9,442 nucleotides of DNA from a virus (IMGVR_UViG_2548876961_000016); one strand, 5' to 3'. Shown: positions 1 through 6,244, counted from the first letter of the stretch. The notes: generated by a model from the letters alone, not told the origin. Made by a program: numbers and translations.

Positions 1-173
1 TGTCAGTTATCATCTTCGGTTACGGTTATCGGCAGAACGCCCTGCCGCTGACAAGAGCTTATTTGCCTGACCAATCTACTCCACATGATAGATAACTATC
101 ATTTATAACATTTCATTGATTAGTCTTTATTTTTCACTATGTTACAAATAACAACTCCGTCAAAAACAGCGAA

Positions 174-230
174 ATTAACTACACCATTAACTACACCGTT
201 TCACGAACAATATCGAACAACCACGAACAA
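174..230. repeat. Tandem 12-bp repeat ATTAACTACACC x2 followed by three CGAACAA repeats at 10-bp phasing
   Basis: ATTAACTACACC at 174-185 and 186-197; CGAACAA at 204-210, 214-220 and 224-230. Helical phasing suggests a protein-binding array. Confidence 0.55.
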
Positions 231-291
231 AGATCAACACGCTTTAACCGTTATCATTTTCCGGCCATCCGTTATGAAGCTGGTGGATGTT

Positions 292-396
292 CCCCGATAT
301 GGGTATCCCCACCTACCTGGCTTTTTTTCCGGTTAAATGTTAATCAGGCTGGTGGCCTTTACATACCCTTGATCACGGTAATGATGATTCAGGTGC
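292..396. repeat. Copy A of a roughly 105-bp direct repeat
   Basis: About 95% identical to 818-933 over the shared core CTGGCTTTTTTTCCGGTTAAA(T/C)GTTAATCAGGCTGGTGG(C/G)CTTTACATACCCTTGATCACGGTAATGATGATTCAGGTGC. Copy A carries a deletion in the leading palindrome. Confidence 0.7.
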
Positions 397-817
397 GTAC
401 CTTTTCCCCAGTGGGGTAAAAGCTCCAACCGTAACGATGTTCGTTGTGGTTGCCTTGATGGTCTGCGTGGTCATTATGACCATTCAGAATTTGAAGGGTG
501 ATGTTTCCGATCTCCTCAAATTGAGGATTGTGGAAGAATCAATGGGTTAGTCTTACTTTCCCAACATCCCCCAATGGGGGTTTTCGAAATAATCAATGGG
601 TTAGGCCATAGTGCAATTTTGCACTATGGAACAATTCCAACCAGTTATCGGCATCAGGCCCACCAGCCAACGCAATTTTGCGCTTTGCTTTAATCTCAGT
701 AAGTTACCGCGCCAATTTCCGCAGTCTGTGGAAATTGGGAAGAATCAACGGGTTAGGCTGGTTTCCCCGATGTTCGCCGCTGGCGAATTTCGAAAATATC
801 AACCAGTTACCGCCGTA

Positions 818-933
818 TCCCGATATGGTGATCCCCATATCGAGATTGGATACCTGGCTTTTTTTCCGGTTAAACGTTAATCAGGCTGGTGGGCTTTACA
901 TACCCTTGATCACGGTAATGATGATTCAGGTGC
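818..933. repeat. Copy B of the roughly 105-bp direct repeat
   Basis: See copy A. Begins with the CCCGATATGG..CCATATCG palindrome-like element and ends with ...GATTCAGGTGC. Confidence 0.7.
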
Positions 934-936
934 TTC

Positions 937-962
937 CCCGATATGGTGATCCCCATATCGGG
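937..962. repeat. Perfect inverted repeat CCCGATATGG-(6 nt)-CCATATCGGG just downstream of the 307-aa gene
   Basis: 10-bp arms. Related copies at about 819-844 (right arm 8/10) and about 293-312 (right arm degenerate). No U-tract follows on the minus strand, so it is not a canonical terminator. Confidence 0.6.
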
Positions 963-978
963 ATAGATGCTGGAAAAA

Positions 979-1902
979 TCAGCTTTTCGCCAGAACGGTG
1001 ACGGCCTTATCGAGTTTTTGCCATCCGCAATAGGTGATTGCCCTGAACGCTGTAGCGTCATTCTGGAAAAGGCTAACCGCCCCTGATTCGGTTTTTATTA
1101 CCGCCTCATCAGTTGGGGTTATAACCGTGGCTTCAACGTTAATAATCAGCTTTTGAGCGTCTATCAGCATCATGCGATCCGCCTGTTCGCTCACAATTAC
1201 CGGTATTCTCAAAAGCTCTATCTGCCAGAACTCAGCATCAGTAAGCTGTAAGGCGTTTTCTACGGGCAATATTAGCGACGACGTGGAAAGCGTGTTACCG
1301 TTCGCTATGTGCTTTTTGAAAATCTCTATGAAGTTTTCGGCCTCATCAGCACCATTAAGCACGCCCTCAGGGGATACGCCAGCCACCTCCTGATCACTGG
1401 AAAGAAATTTTTTATCTATTTCTTTCACCGATTCCGATGTGATCAAGTCTCTGATCGCTGAATTTGTACCAGGGGTGCTAAATTTGATTAGCTCGTTATT
1501 CAGCATCACAATAGCGCCAAGTTTGCACAATTTTAGCGCACTTTCGTTTACTTCTCCCTCTTTGACAGGGATTTCTTCGGCTTCTTTAAGCCATTTACTA
1601 CCCTTGCCTGATATTGAATGCAATTTTGCGCCAAACGGAAGATTAAGCGCGCTGCTGATTAGCTTGCCTGGTACAGACTGCGAAAAAATATACTCGCCAA
1701 GCTCTCTTACTATCGGCTCTGCCACCAGCGACGGCATGTTATCCGTAGTCATTCTGTTGACGATGGATTTTTCAAGAAATTTCGATACTGCCGGATCATT
1801 TCTTTTCGTCATCTCTATAGCGTCAGCATGGCTAAATTTACACGATGCCAGCACGCTGGCGGCGCGAACTGCTGACACGCCTTTCATGTTTTTACAGATC
1901 AT
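979..1902 (-). CDS. Putative HK97-fold major capsid protein homologue (307 aa); product call tentative
   Basis: Strong RBS (AGGAGGAGGAAGAAG before the ATG). A central segment (LGAIVMLNNELIKFSTPGTNSAIRDLITSESVKEIDKKFLSSDQEVAGVSPEGVLNGADE, then SSLILPVENALQL) follows the conserved HK97-family pattern (SdELl.ds...sYi...L......E...fLnGdGtg..p.Gil, then sGivlNP.dw..i). Judged by eye, not by search. Confidence 0.55.
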   Translation of the reverse strand: MICKNMKGVSAVRAASVLASCKFSHADAIEMTKRNDPAVSKFLEKSIVNRMTTDNMPSLVAEPIVRELGEYIFSQSVPGKLISSALNLPFGAKLHSISGKGSKWLKEAEEIPVKEGEVNESALKLCKLGAIVMLNNELIKFSTPGTNSAIRDLITSESVKEIDKKFLSSDQEVAGVSPEGVLNGADEAENFIEIFKKHIANGNTLSTSSLILPVENALQLTDAEFWQIELLRIPVIVSEQADRMMLIDAQKLIINVEATVITPTDEAVIKTESGAVSLFQNDATAFRAITYCGWQKLDKAVTVLAKS

Positions 1903-2053
1903 CTTCTTCCTCCTCCTGGAAGCACGGGTTTAGTGTTTCGTGAAAATATGGCATCAGAACAGCGGCGGCCTGTAACCGTATTTCGGTCGACTGCTGCTTG
2001 TCGTTCATGATTTCCGTGAGTACATCAATAGGGTCTGTGATGTATTCGCTCAT
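1892..2053 (-). CDS. Hypothetical small acidic-tailed protein (53 aa), not in the ORF track
   Basis: My translation: MSEYITDPIDVLTEIMNDKQQSTEIRLQAAAVLMPYFHETLNPCFQEEEEDDL. GAGGT lies 8 nt upstream of the ATG at 2053; it sits between the TerS-like stop (2065) and the 307-aa gene, overlapping the latter's start by 11 nt. Confidence 0.3.
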   Translation of the reverse strand: MSEYITDPIDVLTEIMNDKQQSTEIRLQAAAVLMPYFHETLNPCFQEEEEDDL

Positions 2054-2064
2054 AGTTCGCTACC

Positions 2065-2553
2065 TCAGTGTTTTAAGTCTGTTGGTGGCTTAGGGATGGG
2101 GAACCGATTTGAGTAGACACTAGCGGCATTGAGTTTTTTAACCTCTTTTTTCCCAATGCTGCCGATCTTGCGGTGGGTGAACTGGGCCAGCTTAAACGCG
2201 GCATCTAAAGCCAGTTTTGGATCTGTGTCCATGTTGTCAATCAGTATCCTGCCCATTGCTTTGATGGGGTCGGGTAGGCCGTTATCCATCATCTCAATGG
2301 TGTTAATTGATGCCCGTTCCGGTGTAACTTTTTCGGTAACTTTCTTTGTAACTTTTTTCGGTTTTGTAACCTGAAAAGTTACATCAGAAGTTACAGCCTT
2401 AAGATACTTTTTCACCTCAGGATCGTTGGATAGCTGCCAGCCTTTAACCCTTGCGGTCTTTTCGCTGTATCCCGCATGTATAGCGGCTTCCGTGGGATTT
2501 GCGCCCCTTGATAACGCATCAGCAAACCGCTTTTTTTTGGTCGTTAATGCCAT
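2065..2553 (-). CDS. Terminase small-subunit-like HTH protein (TerS-like; possible packaging-specificity factor)
   Basis: N-terminus from the internal ATG at 2553 (MALTTKKKRFADALSRGANPTEAAIHAGYSEKTARVKGWQLSNDPEVKKYLKAV) matches the TerS N-terminal DNA-binding pattern (AAI.AGYS.K.A.....L). GAGG lies 7 nt upstream of that ATG. A 4-aa periodic linker (VTKPKKVTKKVTEKVT) follows. The open frame extends to an ATG at 2688 through a G10 tract, so the start is ambiguous. Confidence 0.6.
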   Translation of the reverse strand: MALTTKKKRFADALSRGANPTEAAIHAGYSEKTARVKGWQLSNDPEVKKYLKAVTSDVTFQVTKPKKVTKKVTEKVTPERASINTIEMMDNGLPDPIKAMGRILIDNMDTDPKLALDAAFKLAQFTHRKIGSIGKKEVKKLNAASVYSNRFPIPKPPTDLKH

Positions 2554-2575
2554 GCAAAAACCTCGTTTTGAGGGG

Positions 2576-2598
2576 GTGTAACTTTTCGTGTAACTTTT
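2576..2598. repeat. Tandem direct repeat GTGTAACTTTT x2 upstream of the TerS-like gene
   Basis: Copies at about 2576-2586 and 2588-2598. The same GTAAC(T)TTT motif recurs with 12-bp period inside the gene (about 2324, 2336, 2348, 2366) and inverted (GTTAC at about 2378 and 2390). Confidence 0.4.
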
Positions 2599-2671
2599 TT
2601 GAAAAGCAAAATTTTCTACGAATGAGACGGGGGACGGTGTCCAGGGTGATCGACTTTCCGGCCGGAACACT

Positions 2672-2681
2672 CCCCCCCCCC
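2672..2681. repeat. Homopolymeric tract C10 (G10 on the coding strand) 4 nt after the ATG at 2688
   Basis: Supported independently by both ORF-track translations (MTWGGG... on minus, ...LPPPM on plus). Confidence 0.8.
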
Positions 2682-2684
2682 ATG

Positions 2685-2846
2685 TCATTGCTCACCGAGT
2701 AACGAGATCAGGCCTTCAACTTCATTACTCAGCTTGTTTATTCGTGTCTCAAGCTCTGCGATCTTTTCCATCAATGGCGCTATAGTGTCTCTTGTTTCCT
2801 CGCCAATGGCCTTAATGATGCTTGCCTCGCGTTCTGTGATAGCCAT
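2685..2846 (-). CDS. Hypothetical small coiled-coil-like protein (53 aa), not in the ORF track
   Basis: My translation: MAITEREASIIKAIGEETRDTIAPLMEKIAELETRINKLSNEVEGLISLLGEQ. The ATG is 3 nt after the upstream stop with GGTGAGG about 8 nt upstream; its TGA overlaps the ATG at 2688 (ATGA). Confidence 0.4.
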   Translation of the reverse strand: MAITEREASIIKAIGEETRDTIAPLMEKIAELETRINKLSNEVEGLISLLGEQ

Positions 2847-2849
2847 TTG

Positions 2850-3044
2850 TTATGCCTCACCTGTTGCAATGCCCAGTCTTTCGCGTAACAGCACACGTGC
2901 AAGATGACCTATTGTTGGCGTGGCGGCTCTGCCGTATATACCAGCTTCATTCATCCGGCGAATAACATCGAATTGAAGTTTTTTAAGCTCGTTTAGGATC
3001 TCGTGATCAATCATCACGGTAGCGCTTTGCTTTATCTCTTCCAC
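2850..3044 (-). CDS. Hypothetical small protein (64 aa), first gene of the packaging-like operon
   Basis: Strong RBS (AGGAGGA 5-6 nt before the ATG at 3044) and an AT-rich promoter-like region upstream (3045-3132). Sequence MEEIKQSATVMIDHEILNELKKLQFDVIRRMNEAGIYGRAATPTIGHLARVLLRERLGIATGEA. Confidence 0.55.
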   Translation of the reverse strand: MEEIKQSATVMIDHEILNELKKLQFDVIRRMNEAGIYGRAATPTIGHLARVLLRERLGIATGEA

Positions 3045-3132
3045 TTTGTTTCCTCCTGATACTTATCATCGCATAATCAGTATTTTCGATAGATTATCAT
3101 TAATCAACCATTTTTTAAGATATGAGAGATCG

Positions 3133-3156
3133 AAAAAAAGCCGGATTGCTCCGGCT
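3133..3156 (-). terminator. Rho-independent terminator ending the replication operon
   Basis: Minus-strand RNA reads AGCCGGA, loop GCAA, UCCGGCU, then U6-7, about 20 nt after the stop at 3175. Confidence 0.6.
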
Positions 3157-3174
3157 ATGTGCTCACTCCTTCGG

Positions 3175-3483
3175 TTATTCTCCAGTGCTTTTAACGTTGA
3201 TGGTTGTTACCTGTTCCGCTTCTGCAATCTCCCGCTCTGTCAGCGTGGCAAAGTTTGCCGCCGCCGTGGTCATGAATGCGCTTATTAGTTCGGGATTCTC
3301 CTTCGCGTATCCTTCCCGTGTGTGGCGGTCTATAACTTTGATTGCCACCTTTAGGGAAAGCTCTGTCATGTCTAACGCTTTATATTTTTGCTGTGTTCTG
3401 TCTCTGCGCATTTTGGTCATTTGTCGCCCCTGATTCATGTTTTCGGTCGGCATGTTTGTTAAGTGATTTTGATGTATGCACAT
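3175..3483 (-). CDS. Hypothetical protein (102 aa; real start may be an internal ATG) downstream of the origin
   Basis: Minus-strand ORF followed by a clean intrinsic terminator on the same strand; the overlapping plus-strand ORFs look non-protein-like. Several in-frame ATGs, none with a strong RBS. Confidence 0.5.
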   Translation of the reverse strand: MCIHQNHLTNMPTENMNQGRQMTKMRRDRTQQKYKALDMTELSLKVAIKVIDRHTREGYAKENPELISAFMTTAAANFATLTEREIAEAEQVTTINVKSTGE

Positions 3484-3530
3484 TTATTTTTACCCCCCTC
3501 GTTTAAAAAGTTTTAGGTTGTGGTGCACCT

Positions 3531-3756
3531 CCTCTACCTCTTCTACCTAATCATCTTTCAGGTCAGTAATGGCGCGGCTTTCAGATGGGTAGAGGACTTT
3601 TCGTGGCCCTCTACCCATCCTCTACCCGCCCCTCACAAACGACCTTAATCATGGTAGAGGGGGTAGAGGGGTTTTATTAGCCTTCTACCTATCCCTCTAC
3701 CCACTTATCATGTTGAATAATATGCGTTTATTTCATTCAGGTAGATGGGGTAGAGG
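3531..3756. repeat. Iteron array (about 10 copies of GGTAGAGG / CCTCTACC in both orientations): putative origin of replication
   Basis: CCTCTACC at about 3531, 3608, 3619 and 3694; variants CTTCTACC at about 3541 and 3682; GGTAGAGG at about 3588, 3653, 3662 and 3749; variant GGTAGATGG at about 3740. Several copies are 9-12 bp apart, with AT-rich flanks, immediately downstream of the primase stop. Confidence 0.6.
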
Positions 3757-3770
3757 GCTTTTACAAAAAA

Positions 3771-5519
3771 TTATAAAAACGCGTCACAATCATCCGTTGT
3801 AATTGCGTTGGTCTGCGTTACTCCCTTAACTTTTCGCGTAATATATTCATGTCCGTAAACTTTCGCCGCTGGCTTCATGGCCTTGCTGAAATCAGCCACG
3901 TTTAGCGGCTTGCTTCTTCCTGCGTATGCCATAAACGCCAGATAGACGCGGTAAAGGCTGTTTCTGGTCGTGTACTTCACGGAATCGCCACCGCCACCCA
4001 TCATCAGGCCGCGCGCTTCCTCCAGAAAATTCAGGAACTGGCAAAACTCAATAACCGGATCTGTCTGTTGCTTTATCGCCAGTGCTTCATCACCGTCGCG
4101 CTGTTCCAGTAATAAAGCCCGTGCCTTTTCAGGGTCAGCAAAATTAGCCAGCAAGCGGCGGATAATCACAGGGATTTCAGCCGCGACCTTCTCCGGCAAA
4201 TCCTTGTCCTTTTCTGCCTCGCTAACGATATTGTCAAAGCGAAAAATAACCCGACGACGTGCCACGCCTCCGGCCCGTTCGGTGAATATCATCGGGTTGT
4301 TGTTGGTCGCCAGCACCACCGCCCTGATTACCGCCGTGAAACGCTTTTCATATTTCGGGTTAATTTCCACGGGGTCGCCGCCCGTGATTTTCTTGATGCC
4401 CGTTCCTTCGCCTGTATATTTCGGCTGGTCAGCCAGGACGATAAGACGACTCCCGACAACCTGCGCGCGCCCTCCTGCATCATCGAGTGATGTCATCTCC
4501 GCGCTTACGGTGTTCTGTTTCCCTGCCAGAAGGCTGGCTATGTGTGTGAATGTACTTTTACCGCTCCCGCCGTCTCCGGTGGCCTCAATAAACATCTGCC
4601 AGTCGTACCGGTTCGCCATAATCATGTACAGCGCGGCACATATACGCATCATCTTGCGCGGGTCTTTTCCGGCTGCGTGCTCAAGCCATTTATGAAAGTT
4701 TGGCGCGTTGTCGCGAATGTTCTCCCCTGGTGCTGGTGGCGTGTACTCAATGCCGTTGTGCGTGGTGATCCAGTTCTCCGGCGTGTGCGGGGAAAATTCC
4801 CCCGTTTTCAGGTCAAGTGCACCATTGGCGAACGGCAGCAAATCGCCGGACGGCTCCCCCATTGGTTCGGCAATAACTTTTAACGCTTCAACGGCGTTAT
4901 TGATCACGCGTTTGCTGAAAGTGGCCCTGTGCTCTGAATAGATCGCCACCATTTCGCGGCTAAGTTCCATTGTGCTGACCGGACACCATACCCCGCCGCG
5001 CCATACGTGAACGATTTCACTTTCAGGATGTACGCAAACGCCATCAAAGCGATCGGCAAGCAGCTGGGCGCGCTCACTGTCTGCCATTTGTGCCAGTTGC
5101 GTATTTTTCTGCTCCGGCATGGTAAGCCCTGCGGCAATATTTTCACGCTCAGCATTCAGATAGCGCCGCCAGTTTTCACACTTCTGACCGTGCATTCCTT
5201 CGGGGTAAAATTTTGCATCCTGTACGCCTGCCGCCGCCAGCTTCTGACCAATCTTTTTGGTCTCCACCAAGTCCAGTTCTCCTGCCTGGTACAGCCTTAC
5301 GCGTTTTTTTCCATCAGGAACAATTTGCAGTGCATAAAGTTCGGCAAGCTGATTTGGCCCAAGCCACACAGGAGGCACATTATCGCCGGATGCGGGGCCG
5401 TCCTGCTCCTGCCACTGTTTTGCATGTGCCCACGCATCACTACCCGCGAAAATAATCACCTCTGTGTCTTTGTGTTTTATTCCGCGTGGCTGTTTTTTTA
5501 CGTTCGGTGCCAGTTTCAT
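3771..5519 (-). CDS. Replication initiation primase/helicase (phage/plasmid primase, P4-family C-terminal NTPase type)
   Basis: 582-aa ORF with Walker A GDGGSGKST at residues about 315-323 and a candidate Walker B (RLIVLADQ). Its size and its position upstream of an iteron array match satellite and P4-like Pri/Rep or alpha proteins. Confidence 0.85.
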   Translation of the reverse strand: MKLAPNVKKQPRGIKHKDTEVIIFAGSDAWAHAKQWQEQDGPASGDNVPPVWLGPNQLAELYALQIVPDGKKRVRLYQAGELDLVETKKIGQKLAAAGVQDAKFYPEGMHGQKCENWRRYLNAERENIAAGLTMPEQKNTQLAQMADSERAQLLADRFDGVCVHPESEIVHVWRGGVWCPVSTMELSREMVAIYSEHRATFSKRVINNAVEALKVIAEPMGEPSGDLLPFANGALDLKTGEFSPHTPENWITTHNGIEYTPPAPGENIRDNAPNFHKWLEHAAGKDPRKMMRICAALYMIMANRYDWQMFIEATGDGGSGKSTFTHIASLLAGKQNTVSAEMTSLDDAGGRAQVVGSRLIVLADQPKYTGEGTGIKKITGGDPVEINPKYEKRFTAVIRAVVLATNNNPMIFTERAGGVARRRVIFRFDNIVSEAEKDKDLPEKVAAEIPVIIRRLLANFADPEKARALLLEQRDGDEALAIKQQTDPVIEFCQFLNFLEEARGLMMGGGGDSVKYTTRNSLYRVYLAFMAYAGRSKPLNVADFSKAMKPAAKVYGHEYITRKVKGVTQTNAITTDDCDAFL

Positions 5520-5815
5520 TTTTTACCCCTGAATACGTTAAGCATCTTTTTTATTTCCTGAATATTGGCGCGTGCTTTCTCCCTGCTGGTTGGCTTACTG
5601 CGGGGCGCTGCCTGTACCAGAGAAAAATCACGGTTGAACTGATAAACAGGCATAACGCAATCATATTCGTAGCCTTCACGGCGGTAAGTTACGCGCCGTT
5701 CCTCCACGCCCTTAATCATTACCGTGCCGCCGTACTTATCGCGGTAAATATCCCCGCACATGAATTTAGTGCGAGTTTTGCCGCTGGCAGTTAAGCCAGA
5801 ATATTTAAGTTTCAT
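5516..5815 (-). CDS. Hypothetical protein (99 aa) immediately upstream of and coupled to the primase gene
   Basis: ATG at 5815 with GGAGA about 9 nt upstream; its stop overlaps the primase start (ATGA). Basic protein (MKLKYSGLTASGKTRTKFMCGDIYRDKYGG...), no motif recognised. Confidence 0.55.
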   Translation of the reverse strand: MKLKYSGLTASGKTRTKFMCGDIYRDKYGGTVMIKGVEERRVTYRREGYEYDCVMPVYQFNRDFSLVQAAPRSKPTSREKARANIQEIKKMLNVFRGKK

Positions 5816-5820
5816 TATTT

Positions 5821-6081
5821 TTATTCTCCGATAGCGTGACCTGATAAGCCGTTAATCTTCTCTGATGTGCTCTCTATTTTGCTGGTGGAAATATTCAGTA
5901 ATTCAGAAATGGCAAAGGTTAATCTTGTCGTTGACTCGTCACGCTCGCAATTTGTCAGCGATTCAAACCAGACGTTAATAATCTCACTTACGGCATTGTT
6001 GTAAGATATTGCGCTTTGTGTGAGTTCATTCAATTCGCAAATTACGCGTTTGTTATTGTTCATAGCGTTTAAATCTCTCAT
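5821..6081 (-). CDS. Hypothetical small protein (about 80-86 aa; start at ATG 6081 or 6063)
   Basis: The ORF track starts at TTG 6084; in-frame ATGs follow at 6081 and 6063, neither with a strong RBS. Asn/Ser/Ile-rich. It overlaps the upstream ORF end and its stop sits in the RBS of the next gene. Confidence 0.4.
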   Translation of the reverse strand: MRDLNAMNNNKRVICELNELTQSAISYNNAVSEIINVWFESLTNCERDESTTRLTFAISELLNISTSKIESTSEKINGLSGHAIGE

Positions 6082-6244
6082 CAATTAACCACAGCGCAAC
6101 ACTTCCAGAAAGTTTTGCCAGAAGGCCAGCTAATGCGGATATATCACCATCATTTAATTTATTAGGGTACACCTCAAGAAGTCGGCAAATAATTTCTGTC
6201 TGGTGCGCACGTTCAGCGGCTTCGTGTAATGTAATTTCCTTCAT
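6053..6244 (-). CDS. Hypothetical small protein (63 aa)
   Basis: ATG start overlapping the upstream stop (TAATG), in a same-strand run of tightly packed small ORFs. Sequence MKEITLHEAAERAHQTEIICRLLEVYPNKLNDGDISALAGLLAKLSGSVALWLIDERFKRYEQ has no family I recognise. Confidence 0.45.
   Translation of the reverse strand: MKEITLHEAAERAHQTEIICRLLEVYPNKLNDGDISALAGLLAKLSGSVALWLIDERFKRYEQ

Noticed and set aside
85-102. Short palindrome ATGATAGataaCTATCAT, with a related GATAGATTATCATT at about 3093-3106
   Set aside because: Short, AT-rich and likely to occur by chance in AT-rich intergenic DNA; noted as a possible shared promoter or IHF-like element but too weak to call.
139-336. 65-aa plus-strand ORF (MLQITTPSK...)
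   Set aside because: It lies entirely in the repeat array region; its Thr/Pro-rich translation just mirrors the tandem DNA repeats, and it has no RBS or operon context.
283-980. CRISPR array
   Set aside because: The repeats are of several different families, imperfect and irregularly spaced; there is no uniform repeat-spacer periodicity and no cas genes.
1-980. Lambda- or P2-type cos site
   Set aside because: I could not find a cosN-like GC-rich 12-mer resembling those I know; the packaging role of this region stays a hypothesis based on position and repeat content only.
611-1061. Overlapping ORFs 611..880 (+), 678..1001 (+) and 870..1061 (-)
   Set aside because: They fall in the repeat-dense non-coding region; the repeated peptide segments (PRYGDPHI, FFPVKR) are translations of the 105-bp direct repeat and the palindrome, they start at GTG/TTG without an RBS, and one overlaps the 3' end of the 307-aa gene.
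1172-1933. Plus-strand ORFs 1172..1393 and 1439..1933
   Set aside because: Antisense to the well-supported 307-aa gene; Ser/Leu-rich low-complexity translations.
2554-2688. Using the ATG at 2688 as the start of the TerS-like gene (207-aa form)
   Set aside because: The extra 45 residues are low-complexity and cover the tandem GTGTAACTTTT repeats and the G10 tract; the internal ATG at 2553 has a good SD and begins exactly where the TerS-like homology starts. Kept as a finding rather than the primary call.
2129-2702. Plus-strand ORFs 2129..2374 and 2499..2702
   Set aside because: Antisense to the TerS-like gene and its leader; no RBS, and the minus strand carries the recognisable protein.
3046-3433. 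Plus-strand ORFs 3046..3288 and 3122..3433
   Set aside because: Antisense to the 3175..3483 gene; hydrophobic and Cys-rich composition, and the clean intrinsic terminator at 3133-3156 is oriented for the minus strand.
3970-5561. Plus-strand ORFs 3970..4695, 4542..4883, 4708..4941, 5007..5561 and 5213..5455, plus minus-strand 4904..5155
   Set aside because: These are shadow ORFs antisense to or out of frame within the 582-aa primase gene; their translations are Arg/Ser/Pro/Cys-rich, typical of non-coding frames.
5486-5794. Plus-strand ORF 5486..5794 (102 aa)
   Set aside because: Antisense to the 99-aa minus-strand ORF, which is start/stop-coupled to the primase and has an RBS; there are no signals on the plus strand.
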